DNA of 64,000 nt from Ostreococcus lucimarinus (taxonomy: Eukaryota): NCBI GenBank assembly GCA_000092065.1, contig CP000587.1; one strand, given 5' to 3'. Positions within the stretch are counted from its first letter, which is position 1; every line of letters begins with the position of its first letter. Of the stretch, positions 19,477-29,366 are shown piece after piece. Position numbers and translations under genes: made by a program. The notes beneath the pieces were generated by a model. The model did no database searches. It saw only the letters and a program-made list of their open reading frames with translations, and had not been told where the DNA came from.

Positions 19477-20346
19477 ATGCCCGCGCGCGACCTCCTCCCC
19501 CGCGTCGCCCGTCGCGCGCTCGCGACCGCCGCCGCCGCGCCTCGGGCGTTCGTCCCGCCTCCCCTCCCTCCCTCTCTCGCCTCGTGCGCGCGCGTCTTCG
19601 CCGTCGCGAGCGGAAAAGGCGGCGTCGGAAAGTCAACCACCTGCGTCAACATCGCCGTCGCCCTCGCGCGTCTCGGCCATCGCGTCGCCCTGCTCGACGC
19701 CGACGTCTACGGACCGAGCGTCCCGACGCTCATGCGGCTCTCGGGTCAGCCGGTCGTGGACGCGGACGGACGCATGTTACCGATGGAGAATCACGGCGTG
19801 CGCTGCCAATCCATGGGATTTTTGATGAAACCGGGCGCGGCGGCGACGTGGCGCGGACCCATGGTGAGCGGCGCGCTGACGAAGATGATCCAAGACACGA
19901 GGTGGGGAGACGTCGATGTACTCATGGTGGACATGCCGCCGGGAACGGGAGACGCGCAGATTTCGATATCGCAGAAATTGCCGCTGACGGGCGCGGTGGT
20001 GGTGAGCACGCCGCAAGAGTTGGCGCTGGCGGACGCGAGAAGAGGGATCGATATGTACGGGAAAGTGAACACGGAGGTGGTGGGAGTGGTGGAGAATATG
20101 GCGTATTATTGTGAGAAGGACGGCACGCGGTCGTACGTGTTCGGACGGGGTGGAGCGAGGGCGACGGCGGCGGAACGAGGAGTGGAGTTTTTGGCGGAGG
20201 TGCCGTTAGACGCCACCATTCGGGAGAGCAGCGACGAGGGAGCGCCGATCGTCGTGCGCGATCCGGATGGCGAGGTGGCGGCAATTTATACGAACATAGC
20301 GCGGCGAATCATGGAGAAGACGCGGAGTTTTAGAGATGTAAGATGA
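19477..20346 (+). CDS. Mrp/NBP35-family P-loop ATPase, Ind1/NUBPL-like Fe-S cluster assembly factor with mitochondrial presequence
   Basis: VASGKGGVGKST deviant Walker A, Mrp signature, C-terminal CxxC-containing region. ATG at 19477. Confidence 0.8.
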   Translation: MPARDLLPRVARRALATAAAAPRAFVPPPLPPSLASCARVFAVASGKGGVGKSTTCVNIAVALARLGHRVALLDADVYGPSVPTLMRLSGQPVVDADGRMLPMENHGVRCQSMGFLMKPGAAATWRGPMVSGALTKMIQDTRWGDVDVLMVDMPPGTGDAQISISQKLPLTGAVVVSTPQELALADARRGIDMYGKVNTEVVGVVENMAYYCEKDGTRSYVFGRGGARATAAERGVEFLAEVPLDATIRESSDEGAPIVVRDPDGEVAAIYTNIARRIMEKTRSFRDVR

Positions 20347-20407
20347 TAGAGATTATATTGCACAGAAGGAATCACAAGTTTTGGGCTCGAATCGGTGGCT
20401 CGAAGGA

Positions 20408-22960
20408 TTAAATTTCATCCTCCGCTGCGAAATCGCCGAGCGGCTCGAAGTAACCAGGCGGTGTCGCTTGTTCGCGCTTGCCAAATGTGTCCTGGAACTT
20501 TTCGTACGCGCCATTGATCGCGTTACGGGCGGCATTAGGAACAGTCGTCGATAACGTACCGAGGTCATAGTTGGCGTGCACGTACATGGCGCCGTACGCC
20601 GCGACACCAAGGAAGGCTAAAAGCATGATGAACTGCACGAACATGCGACCTCGATGATGACCTCGTCTTCTTGGGCCATCGTCTCCGAGCGCCGCGCCAG
20701 GACTTGTGCATTTGTCGCCGGAAATGATGCGGAGATTCGAACTGGGCGTCGGCGGCTTGTGGTTGAGCGCGGCGCACTGAGTGTTCACGTTGTCTGAAGG
20801 CGCGCAGTGCGGCCATTGCGAGGCGTTAGGGACGTTGTAGACGCGTTCAGTCCCGTAGTCACACTCAGTATCGAACACACGCGAGCACTCACAAGTGCCA
20901 ACGATAGTGTACGCGCGGTCAAAGTCTTCGTCGTTGAAGCACTCGACGTCGAGTTTTCGGCGCTTCAACTCATACTTTTGTCCCATTAAGCACCCATGGC
21001 TTCCCGGCGCCGCAGGCGACCACATCTCGTAATCCGCGGCGCCACAAACCTTACCACCTGAGATGATTTCGTCGAAGTCGACGACGAAATATGATCCACG
21101 GTTTGGATCGGCGTGCACGGATTCCGCGGTCATGCCGTGAATAATGAAGACGTGCCCCTTTGACGAGGGATCCACGCGAATGTTGTGTACGAAAATCGAA
21201 TTCGCGAGCTTGAGCGTCGACCACGATTTCCCTTCGTTTAGACTGTATTCAATCACGTCCACGGGCATGAATTGCTTCGCGACGACTAGCAAACCACCGC
21301 GATTGCCGAACTCGTAGATGTACGCGCCTTTTTTGGATTCAATCCAAGTCGCCCCGCCGTCGCGCGAAATATACGTGTTGACTCGTGCCGGCTCGTCGGT
21401 GATGACGGCGTCGCCGACGTTACCCGTAGAGATGATCACGCCGGGCGCACTAGAGCGCGTGTACACGCCACCGAGTCGTCCATTCCAGTCTTCAGACGTA
21501 TCCCAATCCACGGCGCCGTGTAGGTGTAAGCCGTAGCGTTCGCAATCAAACTCGTCCTCAGCGCACGCATACTTGACGCCTTCCGCATCTGTGGCGGGCG
21601 CGGGGATCTTATGCCAAGTTCCGCCTGCGTTGAACGAGATTCGCGATTCGTAATACGCGCTATAATCGCCGTTTCGAATCGCGGCGCCGTCGATGAACGC
21701 CTTGTACGAAATCTGATTAGCGATGAAGACGCCTTCCAATCCGAGAACTTTGGCGAAATCTTGAACAAAGCTACCGCCGGAGTCTTTGACCATGGTGCGC
21801 ATGCTCATCGAAAAGAACGACATGGATTCATCCGATGCGTAGAGCTGGCTCATCGGTGCCCTGGCTTCGATGGCGCTGGTTTCAATGTGATCGACGGCGA
21901 TGAAATCTGGACCGGCGTCGTCGGCGTGAAAATCGTAAATCTCAAACGCATTCGCCGGCAAATTCATCGGGAAGCACGCCGTGTTGAACGACTTGCCTTG
22001 ATTGGTCGATATTTTGAGCACCACATTATTCGTGTTTACCTCGGACGACGGATGATTTTTCGCACCGTGTTTGTGATAATCTGCGCAGTCGGGCGGCGAC
22101 GCCGTATAAACGTCGCCATTTAAAATCTCAAACGCGTTTGCGCATTGCTCCACGAGCGTGTGCGTGGAGAACAAATCTTCAGATCGCACGAAATCAATAT
22201 TGTAATCCCATGCACCGCGATACGCGGCAAACTTCGTCCCATCGCGAAACACAGTGGCGTAAATAGGAGGATACGGCCCCGCGCCGTCGTCGGGCGCCCA
22301 GTCGAAATCCACAAACGACGCCACCTTACCCTTAGAATTGGCCACCATATCCGTCCACGTCTTCCCCAGATCCCCGCTCGCGAGCAATCTATTCACCCGA
22401 CACGCCATTCCTCCCGGACCCGGCCCCGCATCGCACGTTCGCACGAAACTCAACAGCCATCCCGCTCGTTTCGGATGCGGCCTAATCGCGCCCATCGCCC
22501 GTCCGCGTCCTCCCGGCACCACCTCCCCGGGATTCTTAAAGCACCCCTCCTCCCCGGTATGTGACACCTTCCCACACGGCTGCGTCCACGTCGTTCCCAA
22601 ATCCGCGCTCGCCCAGTACAGCTCCCCCATCGCGTCTTGCAGTATCAACTCGGGCGTCGACTTGAGCATCGCTCCGCGTTCGTCCGACGCCCCCGCGATG
22701 AGCATCGGCGGCGCTCGCAGCCGCGTCGAGCCGCTCAATTTCGACATCAACGACGTGAACGTCTTCCCGTCGTCTTCGCTGTACAGTAATTCGCGCGCGT
22801 CCGTGACGACGAAGACGCGTCCGTTCGCCGCGCTCTCGTGTCGCAGCCACACGAGCTGATCGATCACCCCGCGCGTGCTCCGCCGCTCCAGCGGCGCCGG
22901 CGCCGCGCGCGCCGCGCCCATCACCGCGATCACCGCGAGCGCGCCGATCGCGCCGCGCAT
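20408..22960 (-). CDS. VPS10/sortilin-family sorting receptor (BNR/Asp-box beta-propeller, 10CC module, C-terminal TM)
   Basis: Repeated SxDxGxTW boxes (SEDDGKTF, SADLGTTW, SGDLGKTW, SRDGGATW, SLNEGKSW), a Cys-rich 10CC region and a TM helix near the C-terminus. Signal peptide start MRGAIGALAVIAV. Confidence 0.8.
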   Translation of the reverse strand: MRGAIGALAVIAVMGAARAAPAPLERRSTRGVIDQLVWLRHESAANGRVFVVTDARELLYSEDDGKTFTSLMSKLSGSTRLRAPPMLIAGASDERGAMLKSTPELILQDAMGELYWASADLGTTWTQPCGKVSHTGEEGCFKNPGEVVPGGRGRAMGAIRPHPKRAGWLLSFVRTCDAGPGPGGMACRVNRLLASGDLGKTWTDMVANSKGKVASFVDFDWAPDDGAGPYPPIYATVFRDGTKFAAYRGAWDYNIDFVRSEDLFSTHTLVEQCANAFEILNGDVYTASPPDCADYHKHGAKNHPSSEVNTNNVVLKISTNQGKSFNTACFPMNLPANAFEIYDFHADDAGPDFIAVDHIETSAIEARAPMSQLYASDESMSFFSMSMRTMVKDSGGSFVQDFAKVLGLEGVFIANQISYKAFIDGAAIRNGDYSAYYESRISFNAGGTWHKIPAPATDAEGVKYACAEDEFDCERYGLHLHGAVDWDTSEDWNGRLGGVYTRSSAPGVIISTGNVGDAVITDEPARVNTYISRDGGATWIESKKGAYIYEFGNRGGLLVVAKQFMPVDVIEYSLNEGKSWSTLKLANSIFVHNIRVDPSSKGHVFIIHGMTAESVHADPNRGSYFVVDFDEIISGGKVCGAADYEMWSPAAPGSHGCLMGQKYELKRRKLDVECFNDEDFDRAYTIVGTCECSRVFDTECDYGTERVYNVPNASQWPHCAPSDNVNTQCAALNHKPPTPSSNLRIISGDKCTSPGAALGDDGPRRRGHHRGRMFVQFIMLLAFLGVAAYGAMYVHANYDLGTLSTTVPNAARNAINGAYEKFQDTFGKREQATPPGYFEPLGDFAAEDEI

Positions 22961-23062
22961 CGTCGACGCCCGCGCCGCGCGTCGACGCGTTCGCATCGCT
23001 CGATGACGAAATCGACGATCCCGTTCGACCGCACACGCGCGCGCGCCGCGCGCCGCGGCGCG

Positions 23063-23335
23063 ATGCGCGACGACGCGCCGTCGAAAGCCCCGCGCGAGGA
23101 CTACGTCGTCGTCGATCTCCCGCTCGAGCTCACGGACCTGCCGGGAGACGCGCTGAAGTTTGAGGATTTGGACACGCGAACGCCCAAGTTGCGCACGATC
23201 GACGGCGCGCGCTACGTCGGACGCTACGAGCTGACGTGCGGCGAGCAGCTCGTCGTCGGTTTCGACGGCGACGACGCGCTCGAGGCGCGGGTGCTGGCGA
23301 AGACGGAGCGGCGATTGAAATTCACGCCGGCGTAG
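23063..23335 (+). CDS. small hypothetical protein (90 aa), weak Ctf8-like pattern
   Basis: ATG verified at 23063. No confident domain assignment. Confidence 0.3.
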   Translation: MRDDAPSKAPREDYVVVDLPLELTDLPGDALKFEDLDTRTPKLRTIDGARYVGRYELTCGEQLVVGFDGDDALEARVLAKTERRLKFTPA

Positions 23336-23575
23336 GCGCGGGCGACGGCGCGCGTCGCGCGCGGCAATCTAAAACGTGGTCGTCGACGCGACGCCGCGAC
23401 GCGTCGGACGGCTCGACGACGCGGTTGTAACGTTACGTTCATCGGTAGCTCTAGCTCGGCGCGATGCGCGGCGCGGCGTCGCAAACCGGGATGGTCGTCG
23501 GCGGCGCGCGAGTCAACGGCGCGGAGTCAACGCGCGGCCGAGCCTCGAGCGCCGCACTCCCGCGCGCGCGACGCC

Positions 23576-23992
23576 ATGAGCGCCCCCGACGCGCTCGACC
23601 TCCCGAGCGATGGCTTCAAGCAGTTCGTCGAGCTGCAGGCCAAGTACGCGGAGAGCGCGTCGGCGATGAAATCGCTGCGACAGCGCGTGCAGCAGCGCGA
23701 GCACGACCGCGCGCGCGCGACGCTGACGACGCGCGAGCTGACCGCGCTCGACGACTGCGAGGGCGCGCGGTTGTTTAAACCGCTCGGTCGGTCGTTCGTG
23801 CTGGAAGATAAGGGCGCGCTCGTGGAGGCGCTGGAGGCGACGAGCGCGGCGGCGACGGAGGAGATCGAAAAGGCGATGGCGCGTCGGGAACACCTGAGCA
23901 AGGCGCTGAGCGACGCGGAGACGAATCTGAGAGAGCTGATGAACGGGAACGAGGCGTTGGCGAAGGAGTTGCAGGCGCGGGGGGTGATTTAG
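23576..23992 (+). CDS. prefoldin beta-type subunit (prefoldin 1-like)
   Basis: 138-aa coiled-coil/beta-hairpin/coiled-coil layout (FKPLGRSFVLEDKGALVEALE). ATG at 23576. Confidence 0.6.
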   Translation: MSAPDALDLPSDGFKQFVELQAKYAESASAMKSLRQRVQQREHDRARATLTTRELTALDDCEGARLFKPLGRSFVLEDKGALVEALEATSAAATEEIEKAMARREHLSKALSDAETNLRELMNGNEALAKELQARGVI

Positions 23993-24020
23993 GGCGGTTT
24001 TAGGCGCGTAGACGATGTAA

Positions 24021-24078
24021 GCGAGAAGATTGATTTGAGCGAGCGCGCGAGAAGATTGATTTGAGCGAGCGAGCGAGC
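24021..24078. repeat. tandem duplication of 24-bp unit gcgagaagattgatttgagcgagc, ending in a short (GAGC)n run
   Basis: Read directly. Lies in the convergent 3' intergenic region. Confidence 0.85.
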
Positions 24079-24090
24079 GTCCGAGGCGGC

Positions 24091-25632
24091 TCACGGTTGA
24101 GCGACGGGAGCGGTCGGCGGCGCGCCGCTCTCGTCTTCTTCGTGAGGCTTCCAAATGATGTGCCCGGTCATGCGACGGCGACGGCGACGGATTTGGTACA
24201 CTGCGCAGACGACGACGACGCCGACGAAGCAAAACGTCACGGCGAGCACGGCTGCGATGGTCGATCGATCGGCGCGTTTGAACCCGCGATCGTCGACGAC
24301 GTTCGCGAGGATATCGCACGCATCGCCGGAGAATCCGTCCTCACACACACAAGAAAACGACATCGCGATCTCGTCGTACACGCATTCGCCCGCGCGAGAG
24401 CAGTTTGACGAGAACGCGTCGTCGAGCCCGGGGCATCGCGTCGAGCAGTTCGTCCCCGGCGACGCGAATCCCGGAGCGCATCGACGGCATCGCGTCTTTG
24501 GTCGGCACTCGTACACTTCGGCGCCGACGCGAACGTCCGGTTCGTCGTACATTTTCTTCAAAAGCTTGTTGCCGTCGAGCAAGTTCATCACGATGGTCGG
24601 AATCGAAATGGAATCGGGCGGATGGGAACCGACCCAGTTGACCGCGGCGAGCGGCTCGAACTCGGTATCGATGATGACAGCCGCAACAGCGCCAGCTTTT
24701 TGACACGCGAGCGTTTTTTGTGAGAAGAAGCAACCACCTCGACTCGTCACACACACCGCCCCTCGCAAATCGGCGGCGTTGAGCATCGTCCCGCACGCCT
24801 CGTGATCAAACGGTGCGTTCGTGCGATTTGGAACCATCTGCGCTAGTAACCATGGCTCTGATGTGAGTGTTGCGTTCAAAAATCCATCCGTCGTGAACCA
24901 GCCCGTCGAAAAGTTGCCGAGAAATTTCCGCGCGTCGCCGGCGAGAAGAAAGTACTCGTCGTCAAACGCAACCGGCGTCGACATCGCGACCACCGCGCGT
25001 CCAGACACCGGCCCAGTACCCGTGCGCTCGGCCCCACGTCCTTGAAACGCATCGCCCGAATGTTGTTCGCCCAGGTAGCACGAGTTTGTATCGTTTCCGC
25101 ACGCGCCGTAATCCGGTTCGGCGACGAACGGCTCTCGTCTCGTGTACGTCTCATTCTCCGATCGTACCGTCACCGAAAGCGTACCATCGTCGAACTCACA
25201 GCCGTTGAAGTCCGAGAATCGCGCCAACCGCGACCCGAACAAGCGATGCGAGATTTCAAATCCCGATCGTAAACTGCCGCTGATCACGACGATTTGCAGG
25301 TACCAAACGCCGACGTCGATCGCGTCGACGTCGATGTTCAAGCTGTCTTCGTGCGGAAACAGTCCGAACGAAAGCGAATCGTTCGCATACACCCCTAACA
25401 TCTCAGGGTGTTCGAGCGCACCTCGGTGTAAGATGAATCTCGCCTCGTCATCCTCGTCCACGTACGCCGCCGCGTCGCCGTCGGATCGTCTCGCGTCGTT
25501 TCGGCTCTCGTCCGCGCCCTTCCTAAAACTAATCTCCACATCCATCGGTTCGCACGTCACCTCGAACGAAAACATCGCGTACGTCCCCGCCAGCATCGCC
25601 GGTCCCGCGTATCGCGTCACCGCGTTCTCCAC
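24091..25632 (-). CDS. PA (protease-associated) domain + EGF-like + TM protein, VSR/RMR-like sorting receptor relative
   Basis: PA domain (SRGGCFFSQKTLACQKAGAVAAVIIDTE...IPTIVMN), Cys-rich EGF-like module, TM helix (IAAVLAVTFCFVGVVVVCAVY). The N-terminus is unresolved: the first codon in the track is GTG and there is no in-frame signal peptide. Confidence 0.55.
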   Translation of the reverse strand: MENAVTRYAGPAMLAGTYAMFSFEVTCEPMDVEISFRKGADESRNDARRSDGDAAAYVDEDDEARFILHRGALEHPEMLGVYANDSLSFGLFPHEDSLNIDVDAIDVGVWYLQIVVISGSLRSGFEISHRLFGSRLARFSDFNGCEFDDGTLSVTVRSENETYTRREPFVAEPDYGACGNDTNSCYLGEQHSGDAFQGRGAERTGTGPVSGRAVVAMSTPVAFDDEYFLLAGDARKFLGNFSTGWFTTDGFLNATLTSEPWLLAQMVPNRTNAPFDHEACGTMLNAADLRGAVCVTSRGGCFFSQKTLACQKAGAVAAVIIDTEFEPLAAVNWVGSHPPDSISIPTIVMNLLDGNKLLKKMYDEPDVRVGAEVYECRPKTRCRRCAPGFASPGTNCSTRCPGLDDAFSSNCSRAGECVYDEIAMSFSCVCEDGFSGDACDILANVVDDRGFKRADRSTIAAVLAVTFCFVGVVVVCAVYQIRRRRRRMTGHIIWKPHEEDESGAPPTAPVAQP

Positions 25633-25943
25633 CAGCGGTACGACGTTCTCCCGATTCTCGCTCGCCCGCGCTGCTCGAGCGCCGCGTCGCCGTCAGTCGC
25701 CGCGCTTCACCCCTTCGCTTCGACGCACCACCGATCGCGAGTCCCGACGCCATCGCGATCGCCAGTAATTTTACGCGTTCCGCTCGCCATCGCCGCGTCG
25801 TTCGTCGCGTCATCGCGCGCCGTCGAGAAGTGTCGCGCGCGCGCCGCCGCCGCGAAGCCACCAGCCCGTGTGTTCCGCGTAATCGTCATCGTCATCGCAT
25901 CTTCGTCCGCGTCCGCGACACGCGCGCGCGCGCCGAGCCGACC

Positions 25944-28900
25944 ATGACGGCGCGAGACGGCGGAAGCAGTAACTCGGGCGTGTTGCGCCCCGCGCGCGCC
26001 GACGCGCGCGACGCGCGCGCGAAGAGAGACGTCGAGCGGCCAAACTTTAAGTGGGTGTTGAACGCCGACGCGCGCGAACGACGCGCGGCGTCGAACGGCG
26101 ACGCGACGACGACGACGATGATGACTGACGGATGGTGCGCGCGCAGTGGAGTGTGGGAGACGGAATACACGGAAAACGCCGAGGCGTTCGTCGACGCCGT
26201 CGGCGTGGCGCTGACGCGAAGATTCGCGGGACGAATCGACTTGAAGGAACTGCGACACGTCGCGCACGAAGACGATCGGTTGGAGGACACGACGGTGAGT
26301 GGAAACGTCGCGATGACGAACGTGAGCGCGATCGACGCGTGGACGGAGATTGTGAACAGCGACGGGTCGACGATGCGGACGCGGGCGAGGTGGGACGGCG
26401 ACGTGTGGGTGGAGACGGACGACTGCTTGTTGATGGAAACGAGACGATGGATGGAGAAGACGTCGATGATCGTGGCGAGAACGGTGACGGCGAGCGATGG
26501 AACGTTGGTGACGATGAAACAGTTCTTCAGACGCTTCGTGAAGGATGCGAGCGTGGCGGCTAACGCGGCGGCGGCGATCGGCGCGGCGAACGCGGCGGCG
26601 GACGCGGCGAAGATTGCAGAACAAGACGACAAGGCGAGCGACGCCGACGACGCGAGTATGTTCGCCGAGGCGATCGATTTCGGGTCGAGAATGTTTTCTG
26701 GACTCGGCTTCGGCGCTGGCTCGCCGAGAGCGGCGCAGTTGGAGATGGTGGATATCGTAAAGATGTTCAAGCTGCCCGCCGATACGGAGCTCTTGGCGAC
26801 GTTTGAGTGCTCGATCGTCACGCCGTCGACTTCGGCGGCTTCGTTGGCGAGTAAAGGTGATAAGGGAACATTGTACGTCGTCAAGTACGCGTTCTTATTT
26901 GTGAGCGACGACAAGAACAGTCAGGTGAAGTGGATCGCGGACGCCATGGCGATTCAAGAGTTGACCGTCGAGGGCGTGAATTCGATTTCGATGGAAACCG
27001 CAGATGGGTCGAAGATAAAGCTCAACGGCATGAAGCGACGCGACGATGCGTTCGATAGCATGATCGCTATGCTCGAGTCGATGCCGAACAGCGAAGAACC
27101 GTCACCCGCCATGGATGCGCGCCCGTGCGGCCCGCCGCTGAAGTTCGGGTTCCGGGCAGAATCGTACGTCTTCTTGCATCTCATCGACGTATCAGTCGAA
27201 GGCGCCGCGTCCAAGATGGCGGGCACACCCGTGACAACGATCACTTTCGGCGAAACGAGTAACACGGTGCACTCAAAGTCGCCGGTGCCGACAGGCTTTG
27301 GCGGTATTTGCGCGAACATCGGACAAACTCTCGCCTTGTCTATGGCGTCGCTGAACGAATTCGACGGCGAGCACGTGTCCATCTTGGTACGCGATGATAG
27401 AGGTGAAGAAGTCGGAGAAGCAATGCTTCCAGTTGCCGCTTTGCCACACGGCAGTGATGGGCGCGCCCACGTTCGCAGTGCGCCGTTCATCGTGCATTTG
27501 AGTGTTCCGCGCGTCAAGGTCGAAGCCGGCGCCGTCGGTTTACGTACAAAGCCTGTATCAAAGAACGCCGCGCGAGGCGTTGGTTCGCTAAACATCGCGG
27601 CTTGGATAGGATCATCGGCAGAAGCGATCGGTATGGGCGTAAGGAATGACGGCGAAGAAGGAACTATCGCGACGAAGGCCACGGTGCGAGTGACTCCAGC
27701 GTCGAGCGCGATCACCGTCGTCGCTCGCTCGGTGCGAGGCTTGCCACACGTTGAAGGTGAATCCATCCGTTGTATACTCACGTATGGTTCGCAGCGCGCC
27801 GAAACAAGTTCGACGAACTTCAGTATGGCAGACGATATGAAGTTCTCCTTCGGCGAGGCTTCGTTCAATGCAGAGGCTCCGTGCACTGGCGCGATTCGCG
27901 TCGACATCGTTACGACCGAAACCGGAAACTTGCTCGGGACCACCGAACTCGACGTTATGAAGCTGCCGAGACGTAAGACGGATAGGCACGGTAATGTAGC
28001 CGCAGCGCCATCTGGTCGCTATCACAAACTCTACTCGGGAGATGAGGGTGACGACGAAGATGTGGGATTTGTGTTCCTTCAGGCGTACGTCGATCCAGCG
28101 GTGACGTATTCGCAGTCACAGAAACCTGTGCTAGGAGAGCTGTCCATCAAGGTGCTCAAACTAAATGGTCTTCCTGAAAGCTGCGCGCCGGCGCTCATCG
28201 CAAATGTCGGCGACGCGTGGGCGCTTTTGCCTGGGTTTGGCGGCGGCGGCCCTTCCGGTTGGAAGCGAGAACTGCACGCCGCCGTGCGCGATGCCGCCGA
28301 TCAATGCACGATTGGTATTTATAACCGAAACAAGTCAGATGAAATGTTGGGTAAGATTAAATTCTCGCCGTTTAGTCTTCCGGAACACGGGCGCGCGCTC
28401 GTATGCACGGTTCCTCTGACGACGCGAGACGTCTTCGGTTCGGGCGACGACAACGGCGAGGCTACGGTTCGGTTGCAGTTCAAGCAAAAAGTGAGCAACA
28501 CCGCGTTGTTCTTTCATTATTGCACACCGATGCTACCGATGAGTGCGTATCGTTACGGAGATATGGATGAGATTATGCGAGATTTGGACATTATAAACTA
28601 CGAGCATCTCGTGACCGGTCGCGACGCTTTGCCCGAACCCCTAGTGCGATCGATTTTGGATGTGAGCGATACTGATCCGTCCATCGCGACGACGCGACGC
28701 ACAAAAGCGAGCGCGATGCGTCTCGCCGCGACGCTGGAGTCGTTCGGTGACGTGCTCAAGCCTCTCACGCAGGCAGTGACGTGGGAAAAGCCGATGTACA
28801 CCGCCGCGCTCCATATTTCAATCTTCATGTGCCTGTGGTTACCGCGACTGACATTCGTGGGCTACTTCGCATTCATCGCGTGGTACATTTCGCTGCGAAA

Positions 28901-29345
28901 TAAACCGCGCGTCTTCACCGCTTTGGGGGAGGACAAGAGCAAGTTGGCTGGTTCTGTCAACGTCTCAAAGGCACCACCCGGGAGTACGTTGTCGCCGCTC
29001 TCATCTCTCGTTCGCGAATCGTACGGCGTCGCCGCGAGAGCGACACCTTCGAACGACGCGTACGACGCTGTTGTGCAGATTAGCTTTTGGTGTCAAGCAC
29101 AAGTGGAATTCCTGCGCGCGCCGTTGGAGAAGTTCAACGCGATTTTGACTTGGGAGGACGAGAGCGAGAGCGCAAAGTACCAAACGCTCTTCTTGGGTGC
29201 CGCAGTCGGCTTCCTGTTTATCCCTTTCAGGTTCGTCGCGGCGGCTATTTTGTTCGTGTGTTTGCGACATCCATGGGCGGCTAAGCCTCCGTTACCACCG
29301 TATAAAGTCGCGTTAGCGCGAAGAAGCATCGCGCCGGCGGCTTAA
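25944..29345 (+). CDS. MCTP-like multi-C2-domain membrane protein with N-terminal FABP/calycin-like and GRAM-like domains and C-terminal PRT_C two-helix membrane anchor
   Basis: FABP-like segment (VWETEYTENAEAFVDAVGV...TVTASDGTLVTMKQFFRR), GRAM/PH-like segment, three C2-like segments, PRT_C-like C-terminus with two hydrophobic helices. ATG at 25944. Confidence 0.55.
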   Translation: MTARDGGSSNSGVLRPARADARDARAKRDVERPNFKWVLNADARERRAASNGDATTTTMMTDGWCARSGVWETEYTENAEAFVDAVGVALTRRFAGRIDLKELRHVAHEDDRLEDTTVSGNVAMTNVSAIDAWTEIVNSDGSTMRTRARWDGDVWVETDDCLLMETRRWMEKTSMIVARTVTASDGTLVTMKQFFRRFVKDASVAANAAAAIGAANAAADAAKIAEQDDKASDADDASMFAEAIDFGSRMFSGLGFGAGSPRAAQLEMVDIVKMFKLPADTELLATFECSIVTPSTSAASLASKGDKGTLYVVKYAFLFVSDDKNSQVKWIADAMAIQELTVEGVNSISMETADGSKIKLNGMKRRDDAFDSMIAMLESMPNSEEPSPAMDARPCGPPLKFGFRAESYVFLHLIDVSVEGAASKMAGTPVTTITFGETSNTVHSKSPVPTGFGGICANIGQTLALSMASLNEFDGEHVSILVRDDRGEEVGEAMLPVAALPHGSDGRAHVRSAPFIVHLSVPRVKVEAGAVGLRTKPVSKNAARGVGSLNIAAWIGSSAEAIGMGVRNDGEEGTIATKATVRVTPASSAITVVARSVRGLPHVEGESIRCILTYGSQRAETSSTNFSMADDMKFSFGEASFNAEAPCTGAIRVDIVTTETGNLLGTTELDVMKLPRRKTDRHGNVAAAPSGRYHKLYSGDEGDDEDVGFVFLQAYVDPAVTYSQSQKPVLGELSIKVLKLNGLPESCAPALIANVGDAWALLPGFGGGGPSGWKRELHAAVRDAADQCTIGIYNRNKSDEMLGKIKFSPFSLPEHGRALVCTVPLTTRDVFGSGDDNGEATVRLQFKQKVSNTALFFHYCTPMLPMSAYRYGDMDEIMRDLDIINYEHLVTGRDALPEPLVRSILDVSDTDPSIATTRRTKASAMRLAATLESFGDVLKPLTQAVTWEKPMYTAALHISIFMCLWLPRLTFVGYFAFIAWYISLRNKPRVFTALGEDKSKLAGSVNVSKAPPGSTLSPLSSLVRESYGVAARATPSNDAYDAVVQISFWCQAQVEFLRAPLEKFNAILTWEDESESAKYQTLFLGAAVGFLFIPFRFVAAAILFVCLRHPWAAKPPLPPYKVALARRSIAPAA

Positions 29346-29366
29346 TGTAAAAACGAAGTAAATTTA

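Noticed and set aside
25707-26914. 305-aa and 340-aa minus ORFs antisense to the MCTP-like gene
   Set aside because: Low complexity opposite a gene with C2/PRT_C structure.
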